The position numbers and the translations under genes are program-made. Positions 45,350-54,893 of a DNA stretch of 64,000 bases are shown here, one piece after another; position 1 is the first letter of the stretch, and each line of letters starts with the position of its first letter. Source of the stretch: an uncultured Bacteroidia bacterium (GTDB lineage Bacteria; Bacteroidota; Bacteroidia; Bacteroidales; CAJPTX01); NCBI GenBank assembly GCA_963543925.1, contig CAUUCP010000005.1, positions 2,361 through 66,360 on the forward strand, given 5' to 3'. Under the pieces are notes generated by a model, which was not told the DNA's origin, did no database searches, and saw nothing but the letters and a program-made list of their open reading frames with translations.

Positions 45350-46579
45350 ATGACCCGAAACCATCCGTTCGGAATATTGAGTCCTGTGCTCGTTGTGGCG
45401 AGTTGGCTCTTGCTGTGTCTCCTATTGGGTGACGCAGTGGCTGCTCCGCGCAAGCGAAAACAGACGCGCTTCGAAGCTCCAAAAACTGGAGCGCCGCAGG
45501 AGAAGCTCCCCGCCGTCTGTTATGGTGACTCGCTCAAGTACGGAGTCAAGGGGGAGAATGGAAAAGCCCTTTTTCTGTGGTCCGTCTATACCTTCTTGCC
45601 CAATGGTACGCGCGTGGATGTCCGTCTCGAGGATGTCGTAGAGCTCACCCCTCTAGGCGATAGTGTCACCATCAAGTGGCGAGACCGAGACGATGCCAAT
45701 ATCGGAGGAATCTATACCATAGAGGTCATGCAACGAACCGCATGTGGTTTTGGACTCCCCTACAAGACCGACGTATTAGTCAATACGCCCGATATGCATA
45801 AACCGCGCGAGGTGGTCGAGTTCTGTGACGATCAGGACTCCTGTCGTATAGACCTCGCTGCACTACCCTCCTTTGCCGACTATACGCGCTTCTACCTCCT
45901 ACCCGCCGATACCCTTCTCCACTCCCCTACCTTCTATGTCCACGATACTATCACGCGACGCGTGCGTTACTATACAAAGGATTATACCTGTTCGTTTGGT
46001 GCGGTGAAAGCTGCGCCCATTCCTGCTCCAAGGTTCGACCTCGGACGAGATACGATCCTTAAAGAGGATGACGAGCTTGAGATTAACGTCTATAACCCCA
46101 CATTCGCAAAATACGAATGGGATACAGATAATAAGAGTACCGAGTGGTGGGCGTCCGTCTCTCCCTATACAGCTGCCATTACTGTACGGGGGTACGAGGG
46201 CGATCAACAAATTAGTCTGCGCGTGACAGGAGAGAATGGTTGTGCCGTTTCTGATACGATAAAGATACGAGCCATTAGCGAGACCCTCCTGCGCATTCCT
46301 GCGGCTTTTACCCCCAATGGCGATGGTGTGAACGATACATGGGTGCTGGGACTCGACCCCAATGTCCGTTTCCCATCTTCGATCCCCGAGGTGCTGGAAG
46401 TGCGGGTCTATGATCGCACTGGAACCTTGGTGTGGTATTCCGACGACGGCTACCAACCGTGGAATGGGATCGATATCCGTGGACGTGCCCTCCCCGTAGA
46501 TTCTTACCACTACGAGGTGATCTACATAGAGGAGAACGTTCAGAAAACCGCGCGTGGCGCAGTAACCATTGTTCGCTAG
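45350..46579 (+). CDS. T9SS type-B C-terminal-domain protein (gliding-motility-associated C-terminal domain family)
   Basis: It has a signal peptide. The C-terminus IPAAFTPNGDGVNDTWVL...LEVRVYDRTGTLVWYS...WNG...GRALPVDSYHYEVIY...ARGAVTIVR is the type-B (CHU_C-like) sorting domain. Cys-containing Ig-like modules lie upstream. Confidence 0.8.
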   Translation: MTRNHPFGILSPVLVVASWLLLCLLLGDAVAAPRKRKQTRFEAPKTGAPQEKLPAVCYGDSLKYGVKGENGKALFLWSVYTFLPNGTRVDVRLEDVVELTPLGDSVTIKWRDRDDANIGGIYTIEVMQRTACGFGLPYKTDVLVNTPDMHKPREVVEFCDDQDSCRIDLAALPSFADYTRFYLLPADTLLHSPTFYVHDTITRRVRYYTKDYTCSFGAVKAAPIPAPRFDLGRDTILKEDDELEINVYNPTFAKYEWDTDNKSTEWWASVSPYTAAITVRGYEGDQQISLRVTGENGCAVSDTIKIRAISETLLRIPAAFTPNGDGVNDTWVLGLDPNVRFPSSIPEVLEVRVYDRTGTLVWYSDDGYQPWNGIDIRGRALPVDSYHYEVIYIEENVQKTARGAVTIVR

Positions 46580-46594
46580 GGGGGGGCTTGAGAA

Positions 46595-47611
46595 ATGCTG
46601 CGTTCTTGTTCGCGTGTGGTAGGTTGCCTGTTGTGCTTGTGGTCACCGTTGTTGTGGTTTTGCACGACCGCACATGCGCAGCAACAGGGGATGTATAACC
46701 AGTACCTTACCAATCTCTTCTACTTCAATCCCGCTTTTGCTGGGGTGGATGGTATCATGGAGTTCTCGCTTATGGCGCGCGAGCAGTGGCTGGGGTATGC
46801 GCAGCGTCCGCGTACCTATTCGCTCAATTTCCAAATGAACCTCCTTGATAACCCCCTTTTGGGAACTTCTTTTGAAATGAAGAGCATCCGTCGGGGGTCA
46901 AATGCGCGCTCCTTTGGAGAGGTCCTAGAGAAGGCGAGTATGGGGGCTGCGGGTACGGTCTTCAGTGATATCAATGGATTGGTGCGTCGCACGGGTTTGC
47001 AGGGGGCGTATTCCTACCAGATCCTTATGGGGAACTGGCTTGTTGCCGCAGGTCTTGGGGTCTCTTTTATGCAGTATAAGGTAAATGTTTTGCCAAAGGA
47101 TCTCTTCGACCCCAATATGGATGATCCGCTTATCGCTGCTGGGAAGCCTAACCAAGGTTACGCGCCTGATTTTAATATAGGTGCGATGGCATCTAATGGT
47201 ACCATTTGGGCGGGGCTCTCTATGAATGCCCTTATGCAAAATGCACTCCAGTTTGGTACGTACAATAAAGATAACGCCTACAAGCAGTTGCGTCAGATCT
47301 ACGCCGTGGGGGGGTACAATCTTGATCTTCGCCCAGGGCTCGTGTTAGCCCCCTCGGCGTTAGTTACGTTCAATAGTGCTTGGCAGTGGAATGCCGATGT
47401 CTTGCTCAGGGTCGCTTATCAGAATAGATTCTGGGGAGCGGTAGGGTATCGTACTCTTTCCGACATGGTGCTCATGGGGGGGATTCGCTATGGGCGTCTC
47501 ACCTTTGCCTATGCCTTTAGCTATACGATTGCCGCGCCGCAGGGTATCAATAAGTTTGGTACCCATGAATTTGTGGTCGGCTTCCGTGTAATGGCTAAGA
47601 AAGAGAAATAG
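46595..47611 (+). CDS. PorP/SprF family T9SS outer-membrane protein
   Basis: A signal peptide is followed by AQQQGMYNQYLTNLFYFNPAFAG, the family-typical N-terminus. It is a beta-barrel-like protein of 338 aa, immediately downstream of the type-B CTD gene. Confidence 0.85.
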   Translation: MLRSCSRVVGCLLCLWSPLLWFCTTAHAQQQGMYNQYLTNLFYFNPAFAGVDGIMEFSLMAREQWLGYAQRPRTYSLNFQMNLLDNPLLGTSFEMKSIRRGSNARSFGEVLEKASMGAAGTVFSDINGLVRRTGLQGAYSYQILMGNWLVAAGLGVSFMQYKVNVLPKDLFDPNMDDPLIAAGKPNQGYAPDFNIGAMASNGTIWAGLSMNALMQNALQFGTYNKDNAYKQLRQIYAVGGYNLDLRPGLVLAPSALVTFNSAWQWNADVLLRVAYQNRFWGAVGYRTLSDMVLMGGIRYGRLTFAYAFSYTIAAPQGINKFGTHEFVVGFRVMAKKEK

Positions 47612-47628
47612 TAGAGGAGGTCGCCCTT

Positions 47629-50031
47629 TTGTTTACTTTTCCACAAGATTTTGAAGCACGAACGGGCTTTGTGCACGTGCGCGCCGAGGTGCAAGCTTAT
47701 GCAGTGACCCGAGCGGGGCGCGACCAAGTTGCTGCCTCGTGTTATTCGACCGACTATAATGCGATTGCAAGTAATTTGTCTCGCCTGCGCGAGTTGAAGG
47801 CCTTTCTCCTCTTCCATTCTCTCTCCGAAGAGTATTTTGTCGACGCGACAACGGCGCTCCTCAAATTACAGCATTCCGATCGTGCTTTTTCTGAGGAAGA
47901 AGCCGCGAATGTCCGTACTATGCTACGCTCCGTTCTTTACCTACACTCTCTATGGGGAGAGGGCGTGGAAGTTCAGGCACTGCACGACTGGGTTGCACGA
48001 GTCCTAGTACCCGAGGAGGTACTGCATGAGATAGACACCGTGCTCGACCGAACGGGACACGTAAAGGACAATGCGTCGCCAGAGCTACTGCGTCTTCGTT
48101 CACAACTCCGCACTAAAGCGGGACGGGTCTCGCACAAGATGGAAGAGCTCTTGGCGAGGTGTCAACGAGAGGGCTACTCCGATGCCAATGCGCAGGTGAT
48201 GGTCCGTGACGGAAGACTCGTACTACCCATAGCCGCACAGCATAAGCGGCGCATACCATCCCTTCAGTTAGGGAGCTCTTCCACAGGACAAACGCTTTTT
48301 GTCACCCCCTACGAGGTCTTGGAGTTAGAAAATGAGCTCAAGGAGCTTGAGCAAGCCGAGCTCGCTGAGGTGGCGCGCATCTTGTCAGAACTCACCGACC
48401 GTTGTCGTCCCTTCTATCCTGAATTGCTGCAAGCCTCTGATCTATTGATTTCGGTAGACGTCCTGCGGGCAAAGGTGCTCTATGCTATTGCGGTAGGCGG
48501 AGCTGCCCCTATACTTACGCAGGAACGTCGCTTGCTCCTGCGCGATGCGCAACATCCAGTACTGCTAAAACGGATGCAACGGGGAGGAAAAACTCCCGTA
48601 CCCTTGAATTTGATTCTTGATCCCTCGCAGCGTATTGTGGTGATCTCGGGTCCTAATGCTGGCGGGAAGTCCGTCGCATTGCAGACCGTGGCACTCGCCT
48701 CCTATATGCTCCAGTCGGGGTTTTTACCCTTGGTTAAGGAGAATAGCGAGATGTGTCTTTTCGAAAACCTCTTGCTAGACATCGGAGACGCACAGTCCAT
48801 AGAGGATGACCTCTCTACCTATAGTTCGCATCTCCAAGCGATGAAGGCGTTTACCGAACGAGCTACCCCGACGACCCTCTTTCTCATCGATGAAATGGGC
48901 GCTGGGACAGAGCCCACAGCAGGAGGCGCAATAGCAGAGGCGATCCTTGTCGACCTCTATCACCACGGAGCTTACGGGATTGTAACCACCCACTACGCTT
49001 GTTTGAAAAATCTTGCTTCGCAAACCGAGGGGATGCAGAATGCCTCCATGCGGTATGATATCGAGCATTTTGCGCCACAGTATACGCTCGACGTCGGAGC
49101 ACCAGGCAGCAGCTACGCTTTTGCTATTGCGCGCAAGTTGGGGCTGCGTAAAAGCCTTATCGCTTATGCCGAGGAGTTGGCTGGCAAGGACTATATCAGT
49201 CTCGAGGAGCAGCTCCGTCGTGCGATAGACGAGCGCCGAGCATGGGAGAAGAAGCAGCAGGAGCTTGAGAGCTTGCGACAAGAGGTGGCGACCTTACAAG
49301 CTGAACTCGCCGAGGAACGGGCTACCCTCACAGAGCGTAAACAGAAGGTCTTGGCCGAGGCGCGTAAACAGGCGCAGGCGATGTTGCGCGACTGTAATCG
49401 AACCATAGAGGAAACGGTCAGACTAATCCGAGAGAGCAATGCTGAAAAGGAAACGACCAAGCGTGTCCGTGAAGAATTGAAGTTTTACCAGTCCTTTGTG
49501 GATTCGGAGACGGAAGCAGCAAAGCCTCAAAAGGTACAGTCTGCACCCGTAAAACCAACCTTGGCGATAGGAGACACGGTAAAGCTTCTGGGTGGCAATA
49601 TGGGGCAGGTGGTCAATGTGAAGGGGGAAAAGGTCGTGGTTGCCGTAGGGCAGCTCATGACCACAATGAATATCGCCGATGTCGAAGTCGTGACGAACCC
49701 TGCCGCAGGGCGTACGAAAGGGGGGAGCGCAAGTGCCGCTTCGCAGAGAGTCTCCCCGCTTAGTTCGATGCGTCAACGAAGGTTGAACTTCTCACCCAAC
49801 CTAGATATTCGTGGGATGCGGGGGGACGAGGCCATGGAGCTCGTAAGACAGTACCTAGACGATGCCCAGATGTTTAACATCCCCTTTGTGAGTATCCTCC
49901 ATGGCAAGGGGACGGGCATCTTGCGCAATCTAGTGCATGACTACCTCCGGCACGCGACATTTGTCGATAGCTATACCAATACCTCGCCTACCTGTGCTGA
50001 TGGGGGGGTGACGGAGGTTTACCTGAAATAG
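47629..50031 (+). CDS. mutS2: Endonuclease MutS2 (MutS domain V ATPase + Smr domain)
   Basis: Walker A is ISGPNAGGKSVALQTVAL and Walker B is LFLIDEMGAGTEP. The C-terminal Smr domain is LDIRGMRGDEAMELVRQYLDDA...ILHGKGTGILR. The only in-frame start near the N-terminus is TTG (47629). Confidence 0.9.
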   Translation: MFTFPQDFEARTGFVHVRAEVQAYAVTRAGRDQVAASCYSTDYNAIASNLSRLRELKAFLLFHSLSEEYFVDATTALLKLQHSDRAFSEEEAANVRTMLRSVLYLHSLWGEGVEVQALHDWVARVLVPEEVLHEIDTVLDRTGHVKDNASPELLRLRSQLRTKAGRVSHKMEELLARCQREGYSDANAQVMVRDGRLVLPIAAQHKRRIPSLQLGSSSTGQTLFVTPYEVLELENELKELEQAELAEVARILSELTDRCRPFYPELLQASDLLISVDVLRAKVLYAIAVGGAAPILTQERRLLLRDAQHPVLLKRMQRGGKTPVPLNLILDPSQRIVVISGPNAGGKSVALQTVALASYMLQSGFLPLVKENSEMCLFENLLLDIGDAQSIEDDLSTYSSHLQAMKAFTERATPTTLFLIDEMGAGTEPTAGGAIAEAILVDLYHHGAYGIVTTHYACLKNLASQTEGMQNASMRYDIEHFAPQYTLDVGAPGSSYAFAIARKLGLRKSLIAYAEELAGKDYISLEEQLRRAIDERRAWEKKQQELESLRQEVATLQAELAEERATLTERKQKVLAEARKQAQAMLRDCNRTIEETVRLIRESNAEKETTKRVREELKFYQSFVDSETEAAKPQKVQSAPVKPTLAIGDTVKLLGGNMGQVVNVKGEKVVVAVGQLMTTMNIADVEVVTNPAAGRTKGGSASAASQRVSPLSSMRQRRLNFSPNLDIRGMRGDEAMELVRQYLDDAQMFNIPFVSILHGKGTGILRNLVHDYLRHATFVDSYTNTSPTCADGGVTEVYLK

Positions 50032-50753
50032 CTTGCGGCGGCGCATAGGATCGCCACAGCACTCGCCACATTCAGCGAATCCCCTTGTCCACCTTCTCCC
50101 TTGGGGATCGTGACTTGCAGTTGTGCCTGTGCTAGGAGTTCCTGTGAGAGCCCGTGCCCCTCATTTCCAAACAGGAACAGGCTTGGTGCTCGCAGCGTAA
50201 CCTGCTGGAGCGGTTGCCCCTCTAGCTGGGTACCTACGATGGTCGTTTTTGGCGTTAGAAAGGGGCGAATCTCTTCGAAGTGGCGATAGGCAATAGAGAT
50301 ATAGCCCAGTCCTCCCATCGAGGCTTGTAAAGCCTTGGAGTTGAAGATGCTCACGCTGTCGGGCGAACAGATCACCTGGCGGAAGCCGAACCACGCCGCC
50401 GTGCGAACGATAGTCCCCAAGTTGCCAGGATCTTGCAGGTTTTCTAGGTAGAGGTGATAACCGCTGTCCATGGGCAATACCGTCCCTTCCATACGCGGGA
50501 AAACCCCGAGCACTGAAGCAGGAGTGTCGAGGTGCGACATCCGCCCCATCTCTTCTTGTGTTACAAGGACGGGGCTAAAGGTCGCAAATCGTTCTTTTTC
50601 CTCTGCAAGACAATAGAGCGCGATGGGGCGTAGCCCACTTCGCAAGAGCTCCTCGACCAGTCTCCGTCCCTCTGCGACAAAGCGTCCAGCTTTTTTGGCA
50701 ACGTGCGATGAGTGGAGAGAGCGTATCGACTTTAGCGTGGCTTGTGAGATCAT
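50019..50753 (-). CDS. TrmH/SpoU family RNA 2'-O-methyltransferase
   Basis: Start moved to MISQATLKSIRSL. SpoU motifs are LQDPGNLGTIVRTAAWFG, LFGNEGHGLS and IP...GDSLNVASAVAILC. Confidence 0.85.
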   Translation of the reverse strand: MISQATLKSIRSLHSSHVAKKAGRFVAEGRRLVEELLRSGLRPIALYCLAEEKERFATFSPVLVTQEEMGRMSHLDTPASVLGVFPRMEGTVLPMDSGYHLYLENLQDPGNLGTIVRTAAWFGFRQVICSPDSVSIFNSKALQASMGGLGYISIAYRHFEEIRPFLTPKTTIVGTQLEGQPLQQVTLRAPSLFLFGNEGHGLSQELLAQAQLQVTIPKGEGGQGDSLNVASAVAILCAAASYFR

Positions 50754-50787
50754 CACGAACAGCATTGATTGGTGTGAGCGAAAGTAG

Positions 50788-50795
50788 TAACTTTG
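50788..50795 (+). promoter_or_regulatory. Bacteroidota -7 box (TAACTTTG) upstream of the BamA/TamA-like gene
   Basis: It matches TAnnTTTG 39 nt upstream of the ATG at 50834. Confidence 0.45.
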
Positions 50796-50833
50796 TTCCA
50801 AAGTCTGTGCCATTTATCCGTTTGTTGTCGCTC

Positions 50834-53170
50834 ATGTCTGTCGGGAAGGTCTTGCCTCGTCTTGCGGCAACGTTGTGGTTGCTGGCGGGAATCCTATTGA
50901 CAAGCTGTTCGGTGCTGAAAAACGTACCAGAGGATGCTTACCTACTTGACCGTATTGCTATTCTCCCACAAGACGAATCTCCCGATATTGAGAACTCGGA
51001 ACTCGAGCGTTACATCCGTCAGCAGCCTAATAACCGCCTCTTTGGACTCTACCGTTTCAATCTCTGGCTCTATAACCTGGGGAAAGTCGGAAAGGAAACG
51101 GGGGTGAGTGGATGGTTGCACCGCATCGGGGAAGCCCCAGTGATTTATAGCGATGACCTCACACGTCGCTCCGTGCAAAACCTTACCTCTTATCTGAACA
51201 ATCGTGGCTTTTACCACGCCCTCGTTACAGATTCTGTCGTCGATAAGAAGCCTCGTCGCAGGAAGGTGTTGTATAAGATTCGCTTTGGAGCGCCAACCTT
51301 GATCGATACCCTGTCGGCAGAAATTCAGGACTCGACGGTGGCATACTACTATCGCCAGACGCTCCCCGCTTCCTTGCTTGTCCGAGGTACACGACTCGAT
51401 CTCAGAATCCTAGAGAACGAGCGCGCGCGGATTACGAACCTCCTTCGTAACCAAGGATTTTACTCCTTCTCTCCCGAACGGATCGGCTTTCGGGTAGATA
51501 CCATCGGCTCGCCCTTCCAAGCTCGCCTGCAATTGCGCATCTTAAAGGACTCGACAACAGAGGAGGGACGACGCGCTTTTCGACGATATGTGATAGACTC
51601 CGTGCGGATCTTTACCAAGTATGACCCTCGTCTCCCCGCTTCGGGGCGTAAAGAGGGGTTGGATACGCGTATGCAAGATGGCTTGCACTATTATTTCGAT
51701 AAAAAGCCAGGTATCCGTCTCCCCGTTCTTGCACCCCTTTTATTGATGCGGCAGGATTCCTTGGTACGGATGGCACAGATTTACAAGTCGCAGCAAAATT
51801 TGCTGGGGTTGGGACTTTACCAGACGGCATCGTTCAATTTCCATCGTTCGACGACTCCCTTACGCAACTATCGAGGCGATTCGTTGCGGACATACTATCC
51901 CCTCAATTGTGACGTCTTGCTCACACGGTCGAAGTTACAGGGGTATCAGTTCGAGGGGATGGTGACTACCTCTGGTTCTTTAGGACTCGAGGGGAGTATG
52001 ACCTATCGTCATCGTAACCTCTTTCATGGTGCAGAGCAGCTCGAATTGCAGTTTCGTGCACAGGCTGAGGCGGTCCTCAAGAAAACGGCTATCGGTTTTA
52101 GAACTGCGATGGAGATCGGGGTGCATGCCTCGCTTTCCATACCTCGCTTCTTGTTACCCCTGAAGGGGAATGAATTTGTGCGCCGTTATTCGCCCAAGAC
52201 GCTTTTCCTCATCTCACACAACTTCCAACGCCGTCCTTACTATCGCCGCACTGTTGCCTCGGGGTATGTCTCCTATACTTGGAAGGGCTCTCCTACCACC
52301 TCGCACGCCGTTACGCCACTCGAAATTGATATCTTGAAGATCTTTGCTATCGATCAGGCCTTTGCACAACGTATCCGTCAGACCTACTTGGCAAATTCCT
52401 ATATCAGTCAGCTAATCACCCTCATGGCGTATAGCTTCTCCTATTCCTCTCCCAATACCAATGCGTTGTTTTCTACAACCCTTCTCAAGTTGAACGTCGA
52501 GACTGCGGGTAATCTTCTGCATACTGTAAGTCCTATTTTCCGTTTCCAAAAGACTGATGGTGTATACCAACTCTTTGCCCTACCCTTTGCACAGTATGCC
52601 AAGGGGGATGTGAACTACGCTGTGCTCTTTCGCCCGAATCGTTACAATTCGTTTGCTGCTCGTCTTTTTGCGGGGATAGGATATCCGTATGGAAATTCCA
52701 ACGCGCTTCCCTTTGAAAAACGTTATTACGAAGGGGGGGCTAACGGCGTACGCGCTTGGCTGGCGCGCGACCTAGGACCAGGATCTTATAAAGAGGAACG
52801 GTTTACTTTTCCCAATCAGACGGGGGATTTGAAATTGGAGGCAAACCTCGAGTATCGAACATGGCTATTTTGGAAGTTTGAAGCAGCTTTATTCGTCGAC
52901 GTGGGGAATATATGGGATGTGTCTAAGGCCGACGAACGACCAGGGGCTGTCTTCGTCCCTACGCGTTTCTATAAAGAGCTCGCTGTGGGATATGGTACTG
53001 GGCTGCGTCTCAATTTGGGCTTTTTCCTCCTGCGTCTTGATATGGGGGTAAAGTTGCATGACCCTAGTGTGACCGAGGGGGTGGCCAAGCCGCCGCATTG
53101 GATACCATTTGACCGAGATTTCCAATCTTCGGACTTTGCCTATCACTTCGGGGTAGGTTATCCATTTTAG
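50834..53170 (+). CDS. BamA/TamA family outer-membrane protein (bacterial surface antigen D15 barrel)
   Basis: Start at MSVGKVLPRLAATLWLLAGILLTSC. It has POTRA-like repeats and the C-terminal barrel motif YYEGGANGVRAW...GD..LE.N.EYR...VDVGNIW...GYGTGLRLN. It ends in GVGYPF. Confidence 0.85.
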   Translation: MSVGKVLPRLAATLWLLAGILLTSCSVLKNVPEDAYLLDRIAILPQDESPDIENSELERYIRQQPNNRLFGLYRFNLWLYNLGKVGKETGVSGWLHRIGEAPVIYSDDLTRRSVQNLTSYLNNRGFYHALVTDSVVDKKPRRRKVLYKIRFGAPTLIDTLSAEIQDSTVAYYYRQTLPASLLVRGTRLDLRILENERARITNLLRNQGFYSFSPERIGFRVDTIGSPFQARLQLRILKDSTTEEGRRAFRRYVIDSVRIFTKYDPRLPASGRKEGLDTRMQDGLHYYFDKKPGIRLPVLAPLLLMRQDSLVRMAQIYKSQQNLLGLGLYQTASFNFHRSTTPLRNYRGDSLRTYYPLNCDVLLTRSKLQGYQFEGMVTTSGSLGLEGSMTYRHRNLFHGAEQLELQFRAQAEAVLKKTAIGFRTAMEIGVHASLSIPRFLLPLKGNEFVRRYSPKTLFLISHNFQRRPYYRRTVASGYVSYTWKGSPTTSHAVTPLEIDILKIFAIDQAFAQRIRQTYLANSYISQLITLMAYSFSYSSPNTNALFSTTLLKLNVETAGNLLHTVSPIFRFQKTDGVYQLFALPFAQYAKGDVNYAVLFRPNRYNSFAARLFAGIGYPYGNSNALPFEKRYYEGGANGVRAWLARDLGPGSYKEERFTFPNQTGDLKLEANLEYRTWLFWKFEAALFVDVGNIWDVSKADERPGAVFVPTRFYKELAVGYGTGLRLNLGFFLLRLDMGVKLHDPSVTEGVAKPPHWIPFDRDFQSSDFAYHFGVGYPF

Positions 53171-53289
53171 GCGCTCTGTCCTGAATTCTTTCTCGTTTTT
53201 CCGTAGCGTAAGTCAACAGAAATTCCACTTTTGTCGTCTCAAGAGAGAGCCTTCTTCTACGAAATGGAGAAAGGATGGGCTTCTTTTCG

Positions 53290-53297
53290 TACTTTTG
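53290..53297 (+). promoter_or_regulatory. Bacteroidota -7 box (TACTTTTG) upstream of the thioredoxin-fold gene
   Basis: It matches TAnnTTTG 43 nt upstream of the ATG at 53340. Confidence 0.45.
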
Positions 53298-53339
53298 TGA
53301 CGTTACGGTTGCCATGGGGGCTCTTAAATCTAGATAGCG

Positions 53340-54794
53340 ATGCGTGTACGCTGTTTGCTTCGTTCTTTTCTACTGTTAGTATTCGTTCTGACCAGCAGCG
53401 CCTTGCTCAAGGCACAGGCGCGTCTGGATCTTCATTTCCGAGGTGCGCAAGACTCTACCCTTATCTTTGGTTACTATTTTGCCGAGGGGCGTTATGTGCA
53501 GGACTCGGTTCATTTCGATGCCAAAGGGCATGCGCTTTGGACGCGCGACTCGTCCCTCGCCCCAGGTCTTTACCTTTTCCTATTGCCTAGTGGCGAGACG
53601 GTAGATTTGCTCATTGGGAAAGAACAGAACTTCTCTTATTCCCTAGATCTTGACAATCCCAGTGAGACGCAAGTGGTGAAGGGAGCTCCTATTACCGAGG
53701 AGTTCCTTAGCTTTCAGACCTTTATGCGTGACATGCAGCGAAAGAATGAGGCCCTCCGAAAAGAGGATAGTATTGTCCGAACCCTCCCTGAGGGCTCTAA
53801 AGAGAGAACGGAGCGTCAGGAGAAGGGGCGAAAAGCATTTGACGACTTGGACAATCAAGTCAGGGACTTCCATAAGAAGATCTTAGCAGAACACCCTGAC
53901 GATGTGCTCGGAGAGTTTATACGCGCTACGATCCCCGTGACGATCCCTGAGTATACGCCTGCCCCAGAGGTCAAAAATGTGGATTCGGCGCGTTGGATGT
54001 GGAGCTACGCCTATCACAGTGCGCATTATCTCGACAATCTCGATCTAGCCTCCTCGGCGCTTTTGCGTACACCCTTGCTCTTGCCCAAGGTTAACTACTT
54101 TCTCGACAAGGTATTGCTCCAGCTCCCTGATACCCTGAACAAGTATTGTGATCTGATTTTGGAACGGGCACGCCCCAATCCAGAAACCTTCCGTTACTGG
54201 ACGAGTAACTTGCTGAACAAGTACCAGAGCTCGGAGATCATTGGGATGGATGCCATTTTCGTCCATATCGCAGATAAGTACTATCTGGCTGGACAAACTC
54301 CGTGGTCGGAGGAAGATTTCCTTAAACGTCTCAAGGAGCGGGTAGAGAAGATACGCCCAAACCTGCTCGGCTCGTTAGCTCCTAATTTCAAGGTAGAGAC
54401 CTTGACGGGGCAAACCTTCGAGCTTCTTAAAGATAAGGCCGATGCGACTGTTATCGTCTTTTGGGAACCAAGCTGTAGCCACTGTCGCGTGACAATCCCC
54501 AAGCTTGATTCCGTGGTACGTCAGTATGACCCCAAGCGTCTTCATGTTGTGGGATTTATGACTACGGGCGATGGTCCCGAGTGGCAAAAGTATGTCGTGG
54601 AACACAAGATGGAGTGGTGGATTAACGTATGGGATCCTTATCGCAAAACCTTTTTCAACGACAATTACGATATCTATAGCACACCAGTGATCTATATTCT
54701 GGACAAGGAGCATAAGATCGTATTGAAACGCTTAGGGGTAGAAGCACTCCCCGCTATCCTAGACGAACTATTAGGAGTGAAGAAAAAGAAATAA
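53340..54794 (+). CDS. Secreted thioredoxin-fold protein (TlpA/AhpC-TSA-like C-terminal domain with CxxC)
   Basis: Signal peptide LLLVFVLTSSALLKAQ. The C-terminal thioredoxin-like segment is ATVIVFWEPSCSHCRVTIPKL...YSTPVIYILD. Confidence 0.8.
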   Translation: MRVRCLLRSFLLLVFVLTSSALLKAQARLDLHFRGAQDSTLIFGYYFAEGRYVQDSVHFDAKGHALWTRDSSLAPGLYLFLLPSGETVDLLIGKEQNFSYSLDLDNPSETQVVKGAPITEEFLSFQTFMRDMQRKNEALRKEDSIVRTLPEGSKERTERQEKGRKAFDDLDNQVRDFHKKILAEHPDDVLGEFIRATIPVTIPEYTPAPEVKNVDSARWMWSYAYHSAHYLDNLDLASSALLRTPLLLPKVNYFLDKVLLQLPDTLNKYCDLILERARPNPETFRYWTSNLLNKYQSSEIIGMDAIFVHIADKYYLAGQTPWSEEDFLKRLKERVEKIRPNLLGSLAPNFKVETLTGQTFELLKDKADATVIVFWEPSCSHCRVTIPKLDSVVRQYDPKRLHVVGFMTTGDGPEWQKYVVEHKMEWWINVWDPYRKTFFNDNYDIYSTPVIYILDKEHKIVLKRLGVEALPAILDELLGVKKKK

Positions 54795-54850
54795 AGCGGG
54801 GCTTAGGGAGGGGAAAAGTCTGGAAAGAGGAGAATCTGTGTAAAAAAGCG

Positions 54851-54858
54851 TATATTTG
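54851..54858 (+). promoter_or_regulatory. Bacteroidota -7 box (TATATTTG) upstream of fbp
   Basis: It matches TAnnTTTG 36 nt upstream of the ATG at 54894. Confidence 0.45.
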
Positions 54859-54893
54859 GTGTGTTTACACTTGACTCTTAAAGATACATAGAC

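Noticed and set aside
44366-45364. 332-aa ORF antisense to the 44114-45247 gene
   Set aside because: The product is Cys/Arg/Ser-rich with no signal peptide or motif. The plus-strand ORF has a clean signal peptide and protein-like composition. A long antisense frame is expected by chance in a stop-poor region.
50019-50031. 13-nt overlap of the convergent mutS2 and trmH-like stop regions
   Set aside because: Short convergent 3' overlaps are common in compact genomes, and no additional structure was seen.
50708-50833. Listed start of the BamA/TamA-like ORF overlapping the trmH-like gene start
   Set aside because: The real signal peptide starts at MSVGKVL (50834). A TAACTTTG box at 50788-50795 lies inside the supposed extension.
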